Shown here: positions 9,345 to 18,665 of the stretch, piece after piece
Layout of the letters: the number at the start of each line of letters is the position of its first letter
Position numbering within the stretch: position 1 is the first letter of the stretch
Origin: Lachnospiraceae bacterium
GTDB taxonomy: Bacteria > Bacillota > Clostridia > Lachnospirales > Lachnospiraceae
Length of the DNA stretch: 64,000 nt
Direction of reading: 5' to 3'
Assembly: GCA_017538995.1 (NCBI GenBank)
Contig: JAFYHV010000162.1
Location: 849-64,848, forward strand
Position numbers and translations under genes: made by a program
The notes under the pieces: generated by a model
What the model was told of the DNA's origin: nothing
Database searches by the model: none
The model's input: the letters and a program-made list of their open reading frames with translations, nothing else

Positions 9345-9358
9345 AAGAGGGTAATTTT

Positions 9359-10453
9359 ATGAAGAACACATTCGGACAAAGTTTACAGACAACAATATTC
9401 GGTGAGAGCCACGGACCTTACATCGGAGTGGTTTTAGACGGTCTTGCACCGGGCATCGAAGTAAATGATGATTTTATAAAAGAAAAACTTGCTTTAAGAA
9501 GACCTGCGGGTGCAATATCAACCGCCAGAGTCGAGGCTGATGAATATACATTTGCAAGCGGTGTGTTTAACGGTAAAACTACCGGAACGCCTCTTTGCAT
9601 TTTAATACCGAATACCAATACAAGAAGTGCGGATTACGACAAGGCAGGAAGAGTTGCAAGACCCGGTCATGCAGACTATACCGCAATGTGCAAATATCAC
9701 GGCTTTGAAGACTACAGAGGCGGCGGACATTTCAGCGGAAGAATTACCGCAGCAATAGTTGCAGGCGGCGCTATCGCAATGAGTGCACTCGAGAAGAAAG
9801 GTATTTTAATCGGAACACATATTTACAAGCTGTCCGATTTAACGGACAGAGAGTTTTCGGATATTAAGAATGATATCTCTGCTTTGAATAAAAAATCATT
9901 TGCAGTTCTTGATGAAGAAGTTGCAGAAAAAATGATTAAAGCAATCGAAGATGCAGCAAAGGATGCAGACAGTGTAGGCGGTGTTCTTGAAACCGCAATT
10001 ACAGGACTTCCCGCAGGTGTAGGCGAGCCCTGGTTTGATTCTGTTGAAAGCATTCTTTCACATGTTCTTTTCTCCGTACCCGGTATCAAGGGTGTACAGT
10101 TCGGCGCAGGATTTGACAAGGTATGCGAGAGAGGCTCAAACTTCAACGATGCGTTTAGAAACGAAGACGGAAAAGTTGTTACGGCCACAAATAATAACGG
10201 CGGAATTAACGGCGGTATCACAAACGGTATGCCGGTTATCATAAAGTGTGCGGTTAAACCCACACCTTCAATTTATAAAGAGCAGCAGAGCGTTAATCTT
10301 AACACACTTGAAAATGCTGACATTGCTATTGAAGGAAGACACGATCCAGCAATCATTCACAGAGCAAGAGTCGTGGTTGATTCTGTATGCGCGCTGGCTG
10401 TATACGATATGCTTGCTGCAAGATTCGGAACTGATTATTTTACACAGGAATAA
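9359..10453 (+). CDS. aroC: chorismate synthase
   Basis: N-terminal FGESHGPYIGVVLDG and the GGGHFSGR motif; 364 aa. Confidence 0.92.
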   Translation: MKNTFGQSLQTTIFGESHGPYIGVVLDGLAPGIEVNDDFIKEKLALRRPAGAISTARVEADEYTFASGVFNGKTTGTPLCILIPNTNTRSADYDKAGRVARPGHADYTAMCKYHGFEDYRGGGHFSGRITAAIVAGGAIAMSALEKKGILIGTHIYKLSDLTDREFSDIKNDISALNKKSFAVLDEEVAEKMIKAIEDAAKDADSVGGVLETAITGLPAGVGEPWFDSVESILSHVLFSVPGIKGVQFGAGFDKVCERGSNFNDAFRNEDGKVVTATNNNGGINGGITNGMPVIIKCAVKPTPSIYKEQQSVNLNTLENADIAIEGRHDPAIIHRARVVVDSVCALAVYDMLAARFGTDYFTQE

Positions 10454-10456
10454 AAC

Positions 10457-11692
10457 ATGGAATACGGACTTATAGGCGAACGCCTCGGACACAGCTTTTC
10501 GAAAGTGATTCATGAGGAGTTCGGATTTTACGGATACGAATTAAAAGAAATACCGCGTGACGGTCTCGATGCTTTTATGGAAGCAAAGGAATTCAGGGGA
10601 ATAAACGTTACGATTCCTTATAAGGAAGACGTCATCAAACACCTTGATTTCATCGATGAAAAAGCACGTGCAATAGGTGCGGTAAACACGGTTGTTAATA
10701 ACAACGGAAAGCTTAGCGGTTACAATACCGATTACTACGGACTTAAAACCCTGCTCGAAGAAAACGGTTTTAATTTACAGGGTAAGAAGGTACTTATACT
10801 CGGTACCGGCGGTACCAGCAAAACCGCGTATGCTGTATGCGAAGACATGGGCGCTGCCTTCTTAAGCAAGGTAAGCCGCAGTGCGAAAGACGGGGCTATC
10901 ACATACGAAGAAGCATACGAGAAACATTCCGATGCGGCATATATCGTTAATACAACGCCTAGCGGAATGTATCCAAACCTTGATGCAAAGCCCATTGATT
11001 TAAAGCATTTTACGAGCCTTGAAGGTGTTGCGGACGTAATCTACAACCCCGGCAGAACGAGATTAATACTCGAAGCCAAAGAGATGGGTGTTAAATACTG
11101 CAGCGGTTTAAAAATGCTTGTTTTACAGGCAGTTGCGGCATGCGAGTTTTTTACGGGCAATAAAGTACCTGCTAAAAAGGTTGAAGAGATTTATAAAAAT
11201 CTTTACGACGAAAACAACAACATCGTTTTAACCGGAATGCCGGGAAGCGGTAAGAGCACGATAGGAAAACTCCTTGCGGAAAAGCTTGGAAAAACCTTTA
11301 TAGATACAGATGCTCTGATAGTTGAAAGAGAAAAAAGAGAGATATCCGATATCTTTGCAACCGACGGCGAGAAGTATTTCAGAAATGTTGAGAAAGAAAT
11401 TGTTACCGAAGTTTCAACTCTTAAAAACAGCATCATTTCAACAGGCGGCGGAGTTATTTTAAACGCAGACAATGTAAAAAATCTGATGGCCAACGGAACG
11501 GTTTTCTTCCTTGACAGAAAGCCTGAAGATCTCGTTCCAACGGACGACAGACCGCTTGCAAACGAAAAAGCAAAGATAATGAAACTTTACGAGGAGAGGC
11601 TTCCGATTTACAATTCGACATGCGATTACAAAATCAACGCGGAAGTCGGAATCGACGAAACTGCAGAAGAAATTTTAAGGAGATTACAGTGA
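10457..11692 (+). CDS. aroE/aroK: shikimate dehydrogenase fused to shikimate kinase
   Basis: The N-terminal ~250 aa are AroE-like (GLIGERLGHSFS, NVTIPYKE, GTGGTSK). The C-terminal ~160 aa carry the shikimate kinase Walker A (GMPGSGKSTIG) and GGG lid. It is a single ORF. Confidence 0.88.
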   Translation: MEYGLIGERLGHSFSKVIHEEFGFYGYELKEIPRDGLDAFMEAKEFRGINVTIPYKEDVIKHLDFIDEKARAIGAVNTVVNNNGKLSGYNTDYYGLKTLLEENGFNLQGKKVLILGTGGTSKTAYAVCEDMGAAFLSKVSRSAKDGAITYEEAYEKHSDAAYIVNTTPSGMYPNLDAKPIDLKHFTSLEGVADVIYNPGRTRLILEAKEMGVKYCSGLKMLVLQAVAACEFFTGNKVPAKKVEEIYKNLYDENNNIVLTGMPGSGKSTIGKLLAEKLGKTFIDTDALIVEREKREISDIFATDGEKYFRNVEKEIVTEVSTLKNSIISTGGGVILNADNVKNLMANGTVFFLDRKPEDLVPTDDRPLANEKAKIMKLYEERLPIYNSTCDYKINAEVGIDETAEEILRRLQ

Positions 11693-12111
11693 AAACAATA
11701 CGTGTTATAAACGGACCAAATTTAAATATGCTCGGAATCAGAGAGCCTGATATTTACGGTAAAACAGATTATAAATCACTTTGTGAAATGATTGAGAATT
11801 ATGCGGATGTAATCGGTGTAAATGTTCAGATAATGCAGAGCAATCACGAGGGCGATCTGGTTGACTGGATTCAGGAAAGCTATAAGGCAATTGACGGAAT
11901 CATCATCAATCCCGGCGCATACACACATACAAGTGTGGCTATTCTTGATGCAGCAAAAGCAGTCGGAATTCCTATGGTGGAAGTACATATTTCTGATGTG
12001 GATTCAAGAGAAGAATTCAGACAGGTAAGCTACATCAGAGCAGCATGCATTAAAACAATTTCAGGTCACGGTATAAACGGCTACCTCGAAGCCATGGATT
12101 TATTAAAATAG
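11689..12111 (+). CDS. aroQ: type II 3-dehydroquinate dehydratase
   Basis: The GTG at 11689 overlaps the aroE/aroK stop (GTGA). The product VKTIRVINGPNLNMLGIREPDIYG...HISD is typical AroQ. The track start at 11620 is an out-of-context extension. Confidence 0.88.
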   Translation: MKTIRVINGPNLNMLGIREPDIYGKTDYKSLCEMIENYADVIGVNVQIMQSNHEGDLVDWIQESYKAIDGIIINPGAYTHTSVAILDAAKAVGIPMVEVHISDVDSREEFRQVSYIRAACIKTISGHGINGYLEAMDLLK

Positions 12112-12117
12112 CCAATC

Positions 12118-12164
12118 GGGGACGGTTCCGTTTTGGCAAAAAAGGCCAAAACGGAACCGTCCCC
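12118..12164. repeat. perfect 20-bp inverted repeat (stem-loop) with no U-tract
   Basis: GGGGACGGTTCCGTTTTGGC, a 7 nt loop, then GCCAAAACGGAACCGTCCCC. It lies between aroQ and aroA-tyrA. Confidence 0.8.
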
Positions 12165-12184
12165 AAATGGTCACTTTTAGAAAT

Positions 12185-14266
12185 ATGAATGTTACGATAG
12201 AAAAATCAACTGCATACGGTGAAATTTCAGCTCCGCCTTCAAAGAGCATGGCGCACAGATACATTATCTGTGCAGCACTTGCTAACGGTGAGAGCGTCAT
12301 TTCCAATGTGGATTTTTCGGAAGATATAAAAGCTACAATCGACTGTATAAAAACTCTTGGCGCAGATGTAAGGGTTGAAGGTTCTACTGTTTATGTAGAC
12401 GGAAGCAGGAGCATTTTAAGTGCTCCGAGCGAAACACTTACCTTTAACTGCCGTGAGTCCGGAAGTACCATGCGTTTCTTCATGGGAATCGCAATGACAC
12501 TTCCCGTGGTAAGTGAGTTTTACGGAAGCGAGACATTAAGGAACAGGCCTTTCGGAATATACGAAAACATTTTAAGGAGTGACGAATCTTTATCCTTTGA
12601 AAGACAGTCCGATAAGATTGTTATCAAAGGCGGAATCAGAGAAAACGATTTCGAAGTTGCAGGCAATATAAGCAGTCAGTTTATCACAGGGCTTCTTTTA
12701 GCATTGTCCATAAAAGGCGAGGGCGGAAGCATAAAACTCATCCCTCCCGTAGAAAGCAGATCATACATCAACATGACAATCCAGGCAATGAATGAGTTTG
12801 GAATAAATGTCGGCTGGAAGGATGAAAACACACTTTACGTAGAGAGCGGATGCAAATATATCTGTAAGAAAATCGAAGTCGAGGGCGACTATTCAAACGC
12901 TGCATTTCTTGATGCGTTCAATTTAATTGGCGGTAAAGTTAAGGTAAACGGACTAAACGAAAAAAGCCTTCAGGGCGACAGGATTTACAAAGAATATTTT
13001 GAGAAACTTTTATGCGAAAAAGCCACACTTGATATTGCAGACTGCCCTGATTTGGGACCCGTGCTTTTCGCAATGGCAGCAGCAAATAAAGGCGGAGTTT
13101 TCACATCGACTGCACGCCTTAAAATAAAAGAGAGCGACCGCGGAAGCGTAATGTGCGAGGAACTTGCAAAGTTTGGTATAAGCACGCACATGGAAGAGAA
13201 CTCAATCGAAATTGGCTGCGGATTAAACTCTCCGACAGTAGCAGTCGACGGTCACAACGATCACAGAATCGTAATGTCGATGGCGCTTCTTTTATCAGCA
13301 ACCGGTGGTACAATAAACGGTGCACAGGCAGTAAGAAAAAGCTATCCGGGATTTTTTGAAGACATTGAAAAGCTCGGAATTAAGATAAACAAAGAGGATA
13401 AAAACATGGAATGGATTAACAAACAAAACGTCCTTATCGTCGGACTCGGACTTATGGGCGGAAGTTACGCGAAGGCACTTAAAAGAATAGGCTGCCGCGT
13501 AACCGCAATTGACAAAAGCGAAGAGACAATAAAATTTGCAATCGAAAACGATATTATCGATGACGGAACTTTTAAGGAAGATATCTCCGAATTCGTCAAA
13601 GAAGCGGACTGCATTATCCTGGCTCTTTATCCGAACGCCGCAATTGAGTGGGTTAAAAACAACGTAAAAGACATAAAAGAAGGAATCCGCATCACAGACG
13701 TTACAGGTGTTAAGAGCTGCATCGTATATGAAATTCAGGATATCCTCGGTGACAGGGCTGAATTTATTGCAGCACATCCTATGGCAGGTAAGGAAACAAG
13801 CGGTGTTGAAAGTGCAGACGATCGTATCTTCAGAGATGCCAACTACATCGTTGTACCTACAGATAAAAACAGCGAAGAAGCAATTTTATGGTGCGAGAAT
13901 TTAGGACAGATTTTAGGCTTTAATAAAGTAAGTATTTTAAGTCCCGAAGAGCATGACGAAATGATTGCATATGTATCACAGCTTACACACTGCATCGCCG
14001 TTTCGCTTATGACATGTAAGGATAACGAGCACCTTAAAGATTACACGGGCGATTCTTTTAGGGACTTAACGAGAATCGCAAGAATAAATGAGAACATGTG
14101 GAGCGAACTTTTCCACGTGAACAAGGAATCACTGCTTCGTGAGATGGATTTGTTTATCGAAGAAATCACAGGTTTAAGAAACCTCATCGCAGAAGACAAT
14201 ACAGAAGCAATTAAAGAGAAAATGAGACTCTCTACCAAGAGACGTTCAAAATTTAATACAAAATAA
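12185..14266 (+). CDS. aroA/tyrA: EPSP synthase fused to prephenate dehydrogenase
   Basis: The N-terminal ~420 aa are AroA-like (SAPPSKSMAHR, LGADV, DHRIVMS). The C-terminal ~280 aa are TyrA-like (LIVGLGLMGGSYAKAL, AAHPMAGKE). It is a single ORF. An alternative start at 12167 abuts the hairpin. Confidence 0.85.
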   Translation: MNVTIEKSTAYGEISAPPSKSMAHRYIICAALANGESVISNVDFSEDIKATIDCIKTLGADVRVEGSTVYVDGSRSILSAPSETLTFNCRESGSTMRFFMGIAMTLPVVSEFYGSETLRNRPFGIYENILRSDESLSFERQSDKIVIKGGIRENDFEVAGNISSQFITGLLLALSIKGEGGSIKLIPPVESRSYINMTIQAMNEFGINVGWKDENTLYVESGCKYICKKIEVEGDYSNAAFLDAFNLIGGKVKVNGLNEKSLQGDRIYKEYFEKLLCEKATLDIADCPDLGPVLFAMAAANKGGVFTSTARLKIKESDRGSVMCEELAKFGISTHMEENSIEIGCGLNSPTVAVDGHNDHRIVMSMALLLSATGGTINGAQAVRKSYPGFFEDIEKLGIKINKEDKNMEWINKQNVLIVGLGLMGGSYAKALKRIGCRVTAIDKSEETIKFAIENDIIDDGTFKEDISEFVKEADCIILALYPNAAIEWVKNNVKDIKEGIRITDVTGVKSCIVYEIQDILGDRAEFIAAHPMAGKETSGVESADDRIFRDANYIVVPTDKNSEEAILWCENLGQILGFNKVSILSPEEHDEMIAYVSQLTHCIAVSLMTCKDNEHLKDYTGDSFRDLTRIARINENMWSELFHVNKESLLREMDLFIEEITGLRNLIAEDNTEAIKEKMRLSTKRRSKFNTK

Positions 14267-14307
14267 AAATGAGAGAATGAATAAAGTTAAGGAAGGCAAG
14301 TAAAACC

Positions 14308-15336
14308 ATGAAAATGAATTTCATCAAAAAACTGGCATTACCCGTAGAGGTTAAGGAAATGTGTCCGTTAACCGGCAAGATGGGGGATCTTGTTGATACG
14401 AAAAAGGCACAGTTGGAATCTGTATTTGAAGGAAGAAGCGACAAGCTTATACTTATCATCGGACCCTGCTCGGCAGACAGAGAGGACAGTGTAATCGATT
14501 ACATTTCAAGACTCTGTCCTATCCAGGAAAAGGTAAAAGATAAAATCATCATTGTTCCGAGAATTTATACAAACAAGCCCCGTACAACAGGCGAGGGTTA
14601 TAAGGGCATGCTTCATCAGCCTGACCCTAATGAAAAGTCCGATCTTTTCAAGGGAATCATTGCGACCAGACATCTTCACATGCGTGCGATTGAAGAGACC
14701 GGTTTTGCGTGCGCCGATGAAATGCTTTATCCCGAAAACTATCAGTACCTTGATGACGTGCTTGCATATGTTGCAGTCGGAGCAAGATCCGTAGAAGACC
14801 AGCAGCATCGTCTTGTTGCCAGTGGTATTGCGGCACCCGTAGGTATGAAAAATCCTACATCAGGTGATATAAGCGTTATGATGAACGGTATCCTTGCAGC
14901 ACAGCATTCACACTCATTCATCTACAGAGGCTGGGAAGTTCACTCGGAAGGCAATCCTTACGCACATGCTATTTTACGAGGTTATACCAACAAGCACGGC
15001 GAGTCACAGCCTAACTACCACTTCGAAGATCTTATAAGACTCTGCGACGCATATGACGAGAGAGACCTCATTAATCCCGCAGTTATCATCGACACCAACC
15101 ATTCGAACTCGGGCAAGAACCCGCTTGAGCAGCCCAGAATCATAAAAGACGTGCTTTACTCCACCAGACATGACGAGCGCGTTAAGAAGATTCTCAAAGG
15201 CTTCATGGTTGAAAGCTACATCGAGGACGGCTGCCAGAAGGTAGACGGTGGCGTATACGGCAAGTCAATTACCGATCCCTGTCTCGGCTGGGAAAAGACC
15301 GAAAGACTTATTTACGAGATTGCAGATTTATTATAA
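14308..15336 (+). CDS. aroF: 3-deoxy-7-phosphoheptulonate (DAHP) synthase
   Basis: 342 aa. LIIGPCSA, KPRT and the IIDTNHSNSGK pattern match class I DAHP synthases. Confidence 0.8.
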   Translation: MKMNFIKKLALPVEVKEMCPLTGKMGDLVDTKKAQLESVFEGRSDKLILIIGPCSADREDSVIDYISRLCPIQEKVKDKIIIVPRIYTNKPRTTGEGYKGMLHQPDPNEKSDLFKGIIATRHLHMRAIEETGFACADEMLYPENYQYLDDVLAYVAVGARSVEDQQHRLVASGIAAPVGMKNPTSGDISVMMNGILAAQHSHSFIYRGWEVHSEGNPYAHAILRGYTNKHGESQPNYHFEDLIRLCDAYDERDLINPAVIIDTNHSNSGKNPLEQPRIIKDVLYSTRHDERVKKILKGFMVESYIEDGCQKVDGGVYGKSITDPCLGWEKTERLIYEIADLL

Positions 15337-15345
15337 AAAAATCTA

Positions 15346-15374
15346 TTGACACAAATTTTTTGAAGTGATATAAA
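15346..15374 (+). promoter_or_regulatory. sigma-A promoter of the trpB2 T-box leader
   Basis: TTGACA (15346-15351), a 17 nt spacer, then TATAAA (15369-15374). Confidence 0.55.
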
Positions 15375-15384
15375 ATTTATCAGA

Positions 15385-15658
15385 AACAAACCTATGAAAA
15401 AGAGTGAGTAGACTTTTCCTCTTTCAGATACAGAGAACCGCCGGTGCTGAGAGCGCGGTATTGAAATGTAAAGTTGAATGGGCTTTTGAGGGCAAAAGGA
15501 AACGAAGCAATTCGGAGTATTGGCGCCGGGGAAGGGACCCCGTAAACAAAACCGGCATATGACAGTATGCAATGAGAGGATGCGTCTCGCATCAAGCAGG
15601 GTGGCACCGCAGGAAAGATACCTGTCCCGGCATAGTATGAATCTATGCCGGGTTTTTT
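15385..15658 (+). promoter_or_regulatory. T-box riboswitch leader, Trp specifier (UGG)
   Basis: AGAGA box (CAGAGAAC) and distal loop GGTGCTGAGAG. Specifier context GAA-TGG-G at 15476-15482. T-box sequence AGGGTGGCACCGCAGG at about 15598-15613. Terminator CCCGGCATAG/CTATGCCGGG plus TTTTTT at 15626-15658. Confidence 0.85.
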
Positions 15659-15748
15659 AATACTTAAAAGAACTGCTGCGAAGAAATCCTTATCGTTGGA
15701 ATATTGTTGAAACGTAAACAATTTTTTACAACCTGAAAGGAGACAGAC

Positions 15749-17119
15749 ATGTCAAAAGAAATCCCTTACAAAATTTATCTTGAAGAAAACGAGATGCCTA
15801 AGGCTTGGTACAACCTTCGCGCAGACATGATTAATAAGCCCGCACCGTTACTTAATCCCGGAACATTACAGCCTATGAAGGCAGAGGAACTCGCAGGCGT
15901 TTTCTGTGAAGAACTCGTAAAACAGGAACTTGATAACGATACAAGATTCATCGAGATTCCAGAAGAAATCAGAAACTTCTACAAGATGTACAGACCTTCA
16001 CCTTTGGTAAGAGCTTACTGCCTTGAAGAGAAGCTTCAGACACCTGCTAAGATTTACTACAAATTCGAGGGTAACAATACATCAGGAAGCCACAAACTTA
16101 ACTCAGCTATTGCTCAGGCTTACTACGCTAAGAAACAGGGCCTTAAGGGCGTTACCACAGAGACCGGTGCTGGTCAGTGGGGTACAGCTCTTTCAATGGC
16201 TTGTTCATATTTCGATCTTGACTGCAAAGTATTCATGGTTAAGGTTTCATACGAACAGAAGCCTTTCAGACGTGAAGTTATGAGAACATACGGCGCTTCT
16301 GTTACACCTTCTCCTTCAATGGAAACAGAAGTAGGTAAGAGAATCAACGCAGCTCATCCCGGAACCACAGGTTCACTCGGCTGTGCAATTTCAGAAGCAG
16401 TTGAAGTTGCAACAAGCACGCCCGGTTACAGATATGTTCTTGGTTCAGTTCTTAACCAGGTACTTCTTCATCAGTCGGTTATCGGTCTTGAAACAAAGGC
16501 TGCACTTGATAAATACGGCATCAAAGCAGACATCGTTATCGGCTGCGCAGGCGGCGGATCAAACCTCGGCGGTCTTATTGCTCCTTTTATGGGCGAAAAG
16601 ATTCAGAAGGGCACAGACTACAGAATCATCGCGGTTGAGCCTGCTTCATGTCCTTCCTTCACAAGAGGCGTATACGCATATGACTTCTGCGATACCGGTA
16701 TGGTTTGTCCTCTTGCTAAGATGTACACACTCGGCAGTGATTTCATTCCCGCACCCAACCATGCAGGCGGACTTCGTTATCACGGCATGAGCTCCATTCT
16801 TTCACAGCTCTACGCTGACGGACTTATGGAAGCAACTACAGCTAAGCAGACAGAAGTATTTGAAGCTGCTGAAATGTTCGCAAGAGTTGAAGGTATTCTT
16901 CCTGCTCCCGAAAGTTCACATGCTATCAAAGTTGCTATCGATGAAGCTCTTAAGTGCAAGGAAACAGGCGAAGAAAAGACTATCGTATTCGGTCTTACCG
17001 GTACAGGTTACTTCGATCTTGTTGCATACGAGAAATTCCATGACGGCAAGATGGATGATTATATTCCTACAGACGAAGAACTTGCAAAGTTCAGAGCAAA
17101 CCTTCCTAAAGTAGATTAA
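15749..17119 (+). CDS. trpB: TrpB2-type tryptophan synthase beta chain (PLP enzyme)
   Basis: 456 aa, the long TrpB2 form. The N-terminus IPYKIYLEENEMPKAWYN matches TrpB2, with the PLP-lysine region GSHKLNSA and GGGSN. Confidence 0.85.
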   Translation: MSKEIPYKIYLEENEMPKAWYNLRADMINKPAPLLNPGTLQPMKAEELAGVFCEELVKQELDNDTRFIEIPEEIRNFYKMYRPSPLVRAYCLEEKLQTPAKIYYKFEGNNTSGSHKLNSAIAQAYYAKKQGLKGVTTETGAGQWGTALSMACSYFDLDCKVFMVKVSYEQKPFRREVMRTYGASVTPSPSMETEVGKRINAAHPGTTGSLGCAISEAVEVATSTPGYRYVLGSVLNQVLLHQSVIGLETKAALDKYGIKADIVIGCAGGGSNLGGLIAPFMGEKIQKGTDYRIIAVEPASCPSFTRGVYAYDFCDTGMVCPLAKMYTLGSDFIPAPNHAGGLRYHGMSSILSQLYADGLMEATTAKQTEVFEAAEMFARVEGILPAPESSHAIKVAIDEALKCKETGEEKTIVFGLTGTGYFDLVAYEKFHDGKMDDYIPTDEELAKFRANLPKVD

Positions 17120-17159
17120 TTCGTTTAAAACTCTTATAAAACTTTTGTAATAATACAAG

Positions 17160-17187
17160 GCAGAGGGCTTAAGTCCTCTGCTTTTTT
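17160..17187 (+). terminator. intrinsic terminator after trpB2
   Basis: GCAGAGG / CCTCTGC stem followed by TTTTTT. Confidence 0.8.
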
Positions 17188-17271
17188 ATGTCCTAAAATA
17201 TTGCTTTCAAAGGGCTTTCAAGTTAAACTTAAGGAGTGTGAAAATGACAATAAAAATATTACGAGGTATAT

Positions 17272-17964
17272 ATGAAAAAAATAGGACTTGTAGGTGGTAC
17301 AGGACCCGAATCGACGGTTATGTACTATAAGAAATTAAACAGCGAGATTGATTTACTGACAAATGAAAAACACATGCCTGATATCGCGATTGAGAGTGTT
17401 GATTTCAGAAGAGCGTGGGAATACGTACAGAATGGAGAGACTAGCGAACTGGTAGACTATCTGGCTGAAAAAGTAAACTGTCTGGTTCAAACTAAAGCCG
17501 ATGTTATTGCATTAACAGCAGTAACAATGCATATGGTATATGACGAAATTGCTGAGAAAACGGGTGTTTCTCTTGTCAGCATTCCCAAAACGGTTTGCGA
17601 AAAAATCGTTTCCGAAGGAATCAAAAAAGTAGGTCTTTTCGGAACCGTTGTTACAATGGAACAGGACTACATGAAAAAAGATCTTTTGGAAAACGGTGTA
17701 GAGGTTTTTGTTCCGAACGATGAGGAAAGAGCGCTCATTGGAAAAAGAATCTACGAGGAACTTGAAAAGGGCATCGTAAAAGAATCAACCTTGGCAGAAC
17801 TGACTGAAATTATTAACAGAATGAAAGAAGAGGATGGCATAGAAGGGCTTATTTTAGGATGTACCGAACTTCCTTTAATTCTTAACTCTGATAATTGTCC
17901 GGTAAAGTGTTTTGATTCGGTTGAATTGCACTTAAAAAAACTTATTGAGCTTGCGATGGAATAA
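17272..17964 (+). CDS. aspartate/glutamate racemase family protein
   Basis: 230 aa. MKKIGLVGGTGPEST and LILGCTELPL are the two catalytic-Cys-region motifs of Asp/Glu racemases. Confidence 0.75.
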   Translation: MKKIGLVGGTGPESTVMYYKKLNSEIDLLTNEKHMPDIAIESVDFRRAWEYVQNGETSELVDYLAEKVNCLVQTKADVIALTAVTMHMVYDEIAEKTGVSLVSIPKTVCEKIVSEGIKKVGLFGTVVTMEQDYMKKDLLENGVEVFVPNDEERALIGKRIYEELEKGIVKESTLAELTEIINRMKEEDGIEGLILGCTELPLILNSDNCPVKCFDSVELHLKKLIELAME

Positions 17965-17974
17965 GGAGAGAATC

Positions 17975-18655
17975 TTGTTTGATCTGGATGAATACATGAA
18001 AAACTTTCTTAATGAAGCCAAAGCGGTTTATGGTGAGCGTCTTTTATATGTCGGCCTTCAGGGAAGTTATCTTCGCGGCGAAGCGCACGAGAACAGCGAT
18101 ATTGATGTGATGGTTGTAATTGAAGGTTTCTGTGTGAAGGATATGGACCTTTACAAAGAAATTCTTAACAGGATTGGCTACAGTGAAAAGTCCTGCGGTT
18201 TTATCTGCGGAAAAGACGAAATAAACGCATGGACTCCGCTTGAGACATTGCAGCTTCTTCAAACAACAAAGGATCTGTACGGAAATCTTGAAAAGCTTTT
18301 GCCGAAAGCTACAAGACAGGATGAAATTACATATGTCAAAACGAGCCTCGGAAATATTTATCACGAACTCTGTCATCGTTACATTCATGCGGACAGAGAA
18401 AAGAGCGTGCAGAAATTCCGCGGAACATGTAAGGGCTTCTTCTTTTTAATCCAGAATATGCATTACCTTGAGAGCGGAGAGTTTGTAAAAACAAAGAAAG
18501 AGCTCAAAGAGGCTGTAAGTGAAGAAGACAGAATCATATTGAATATGGCAGAAATTCCTGATGATTATGATTTTGACAAGGAATTTGATACGGTAATCGA
18601 ATGGTGCAAAAAAGCATTTGCCCTTATCAATTCTATGAATGTTACTGAACAATAG
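17975..18655 (+). CDS. nucleotidyltransferase-domain protein (aminoglycoside/antibiotic NTase-like fold)
   Basis: GLQGSYLRGEAHENSDIDVMVVI is the GS-x10-DxD minimal NTase motif. The TTG at 17975 is preferred because AAGGAGAG lies 5 nt upstream; the track start at 17945 overlaps the racemase gene. Confidence 0.65.
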   Translation: MFDLDEYMKNFLNEAKAVYGERLLYVGLQGSYLRGEAHENSDIDVMVVIEGFCVKDMDLYKEILNRIGYSEKSCGFICGKDEINAWTPLETLQLLQTTKDLYGNLEKLLPKATRQDEITYVKTSLGNIYHELCHRYIHADREKSVQKFRGTCKGFFFLIQNMHYLESGEFVKTKKELKEAVSEEDRIILNMAEIPDDYDFDKEFDTVIEWCKKAFALINSMNVTEQ

Positions 18656-18665
18656 AAAGGAAAAA

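Noticed and set aside
11620-11688. N-terminal extension of aroQ (MRLQNQRGSRNRRNCRRNFKEIT).
   Set aside because: It overlaps the 3' end of aroE/aroK in another frame and has an Arg-rich nonsense composition. The GTG at 11689 gives the canonical AroQ N-terminus.
12167-12184. Track start codon at 12167 for aroA-tyrA.
   Set aside because: It begins 3 nt after the 20-bp hairpin and has no RBS. The ATG at 12185 (MNVTIEKS...) aligns better with AroA N-termini. Neither start has a strong RBS, so this remains uncertain.
15312-15721. Two minus-strand ORFs (86 and 109 aa) between the DAHP synthase gene and trpB2.
   Set aside because: The region is explained by the plus-strand T-box leader (specifier, T-box sequence and terminator). 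The ORFs have no RBS and show Cys/Pro/Gly-rich translations of structured RNA.
17244-17331. Short ORF (MTIKILRGIYEKNRTCRWY...) with an AAGGAG RBS that overlaps the racemase start out of frame.
   Set aside because: It has no compositional or contextual rationale. The racemase ATG at 17272 has its own GAGG RBS. A regulatory uORF is possible but unsupported.
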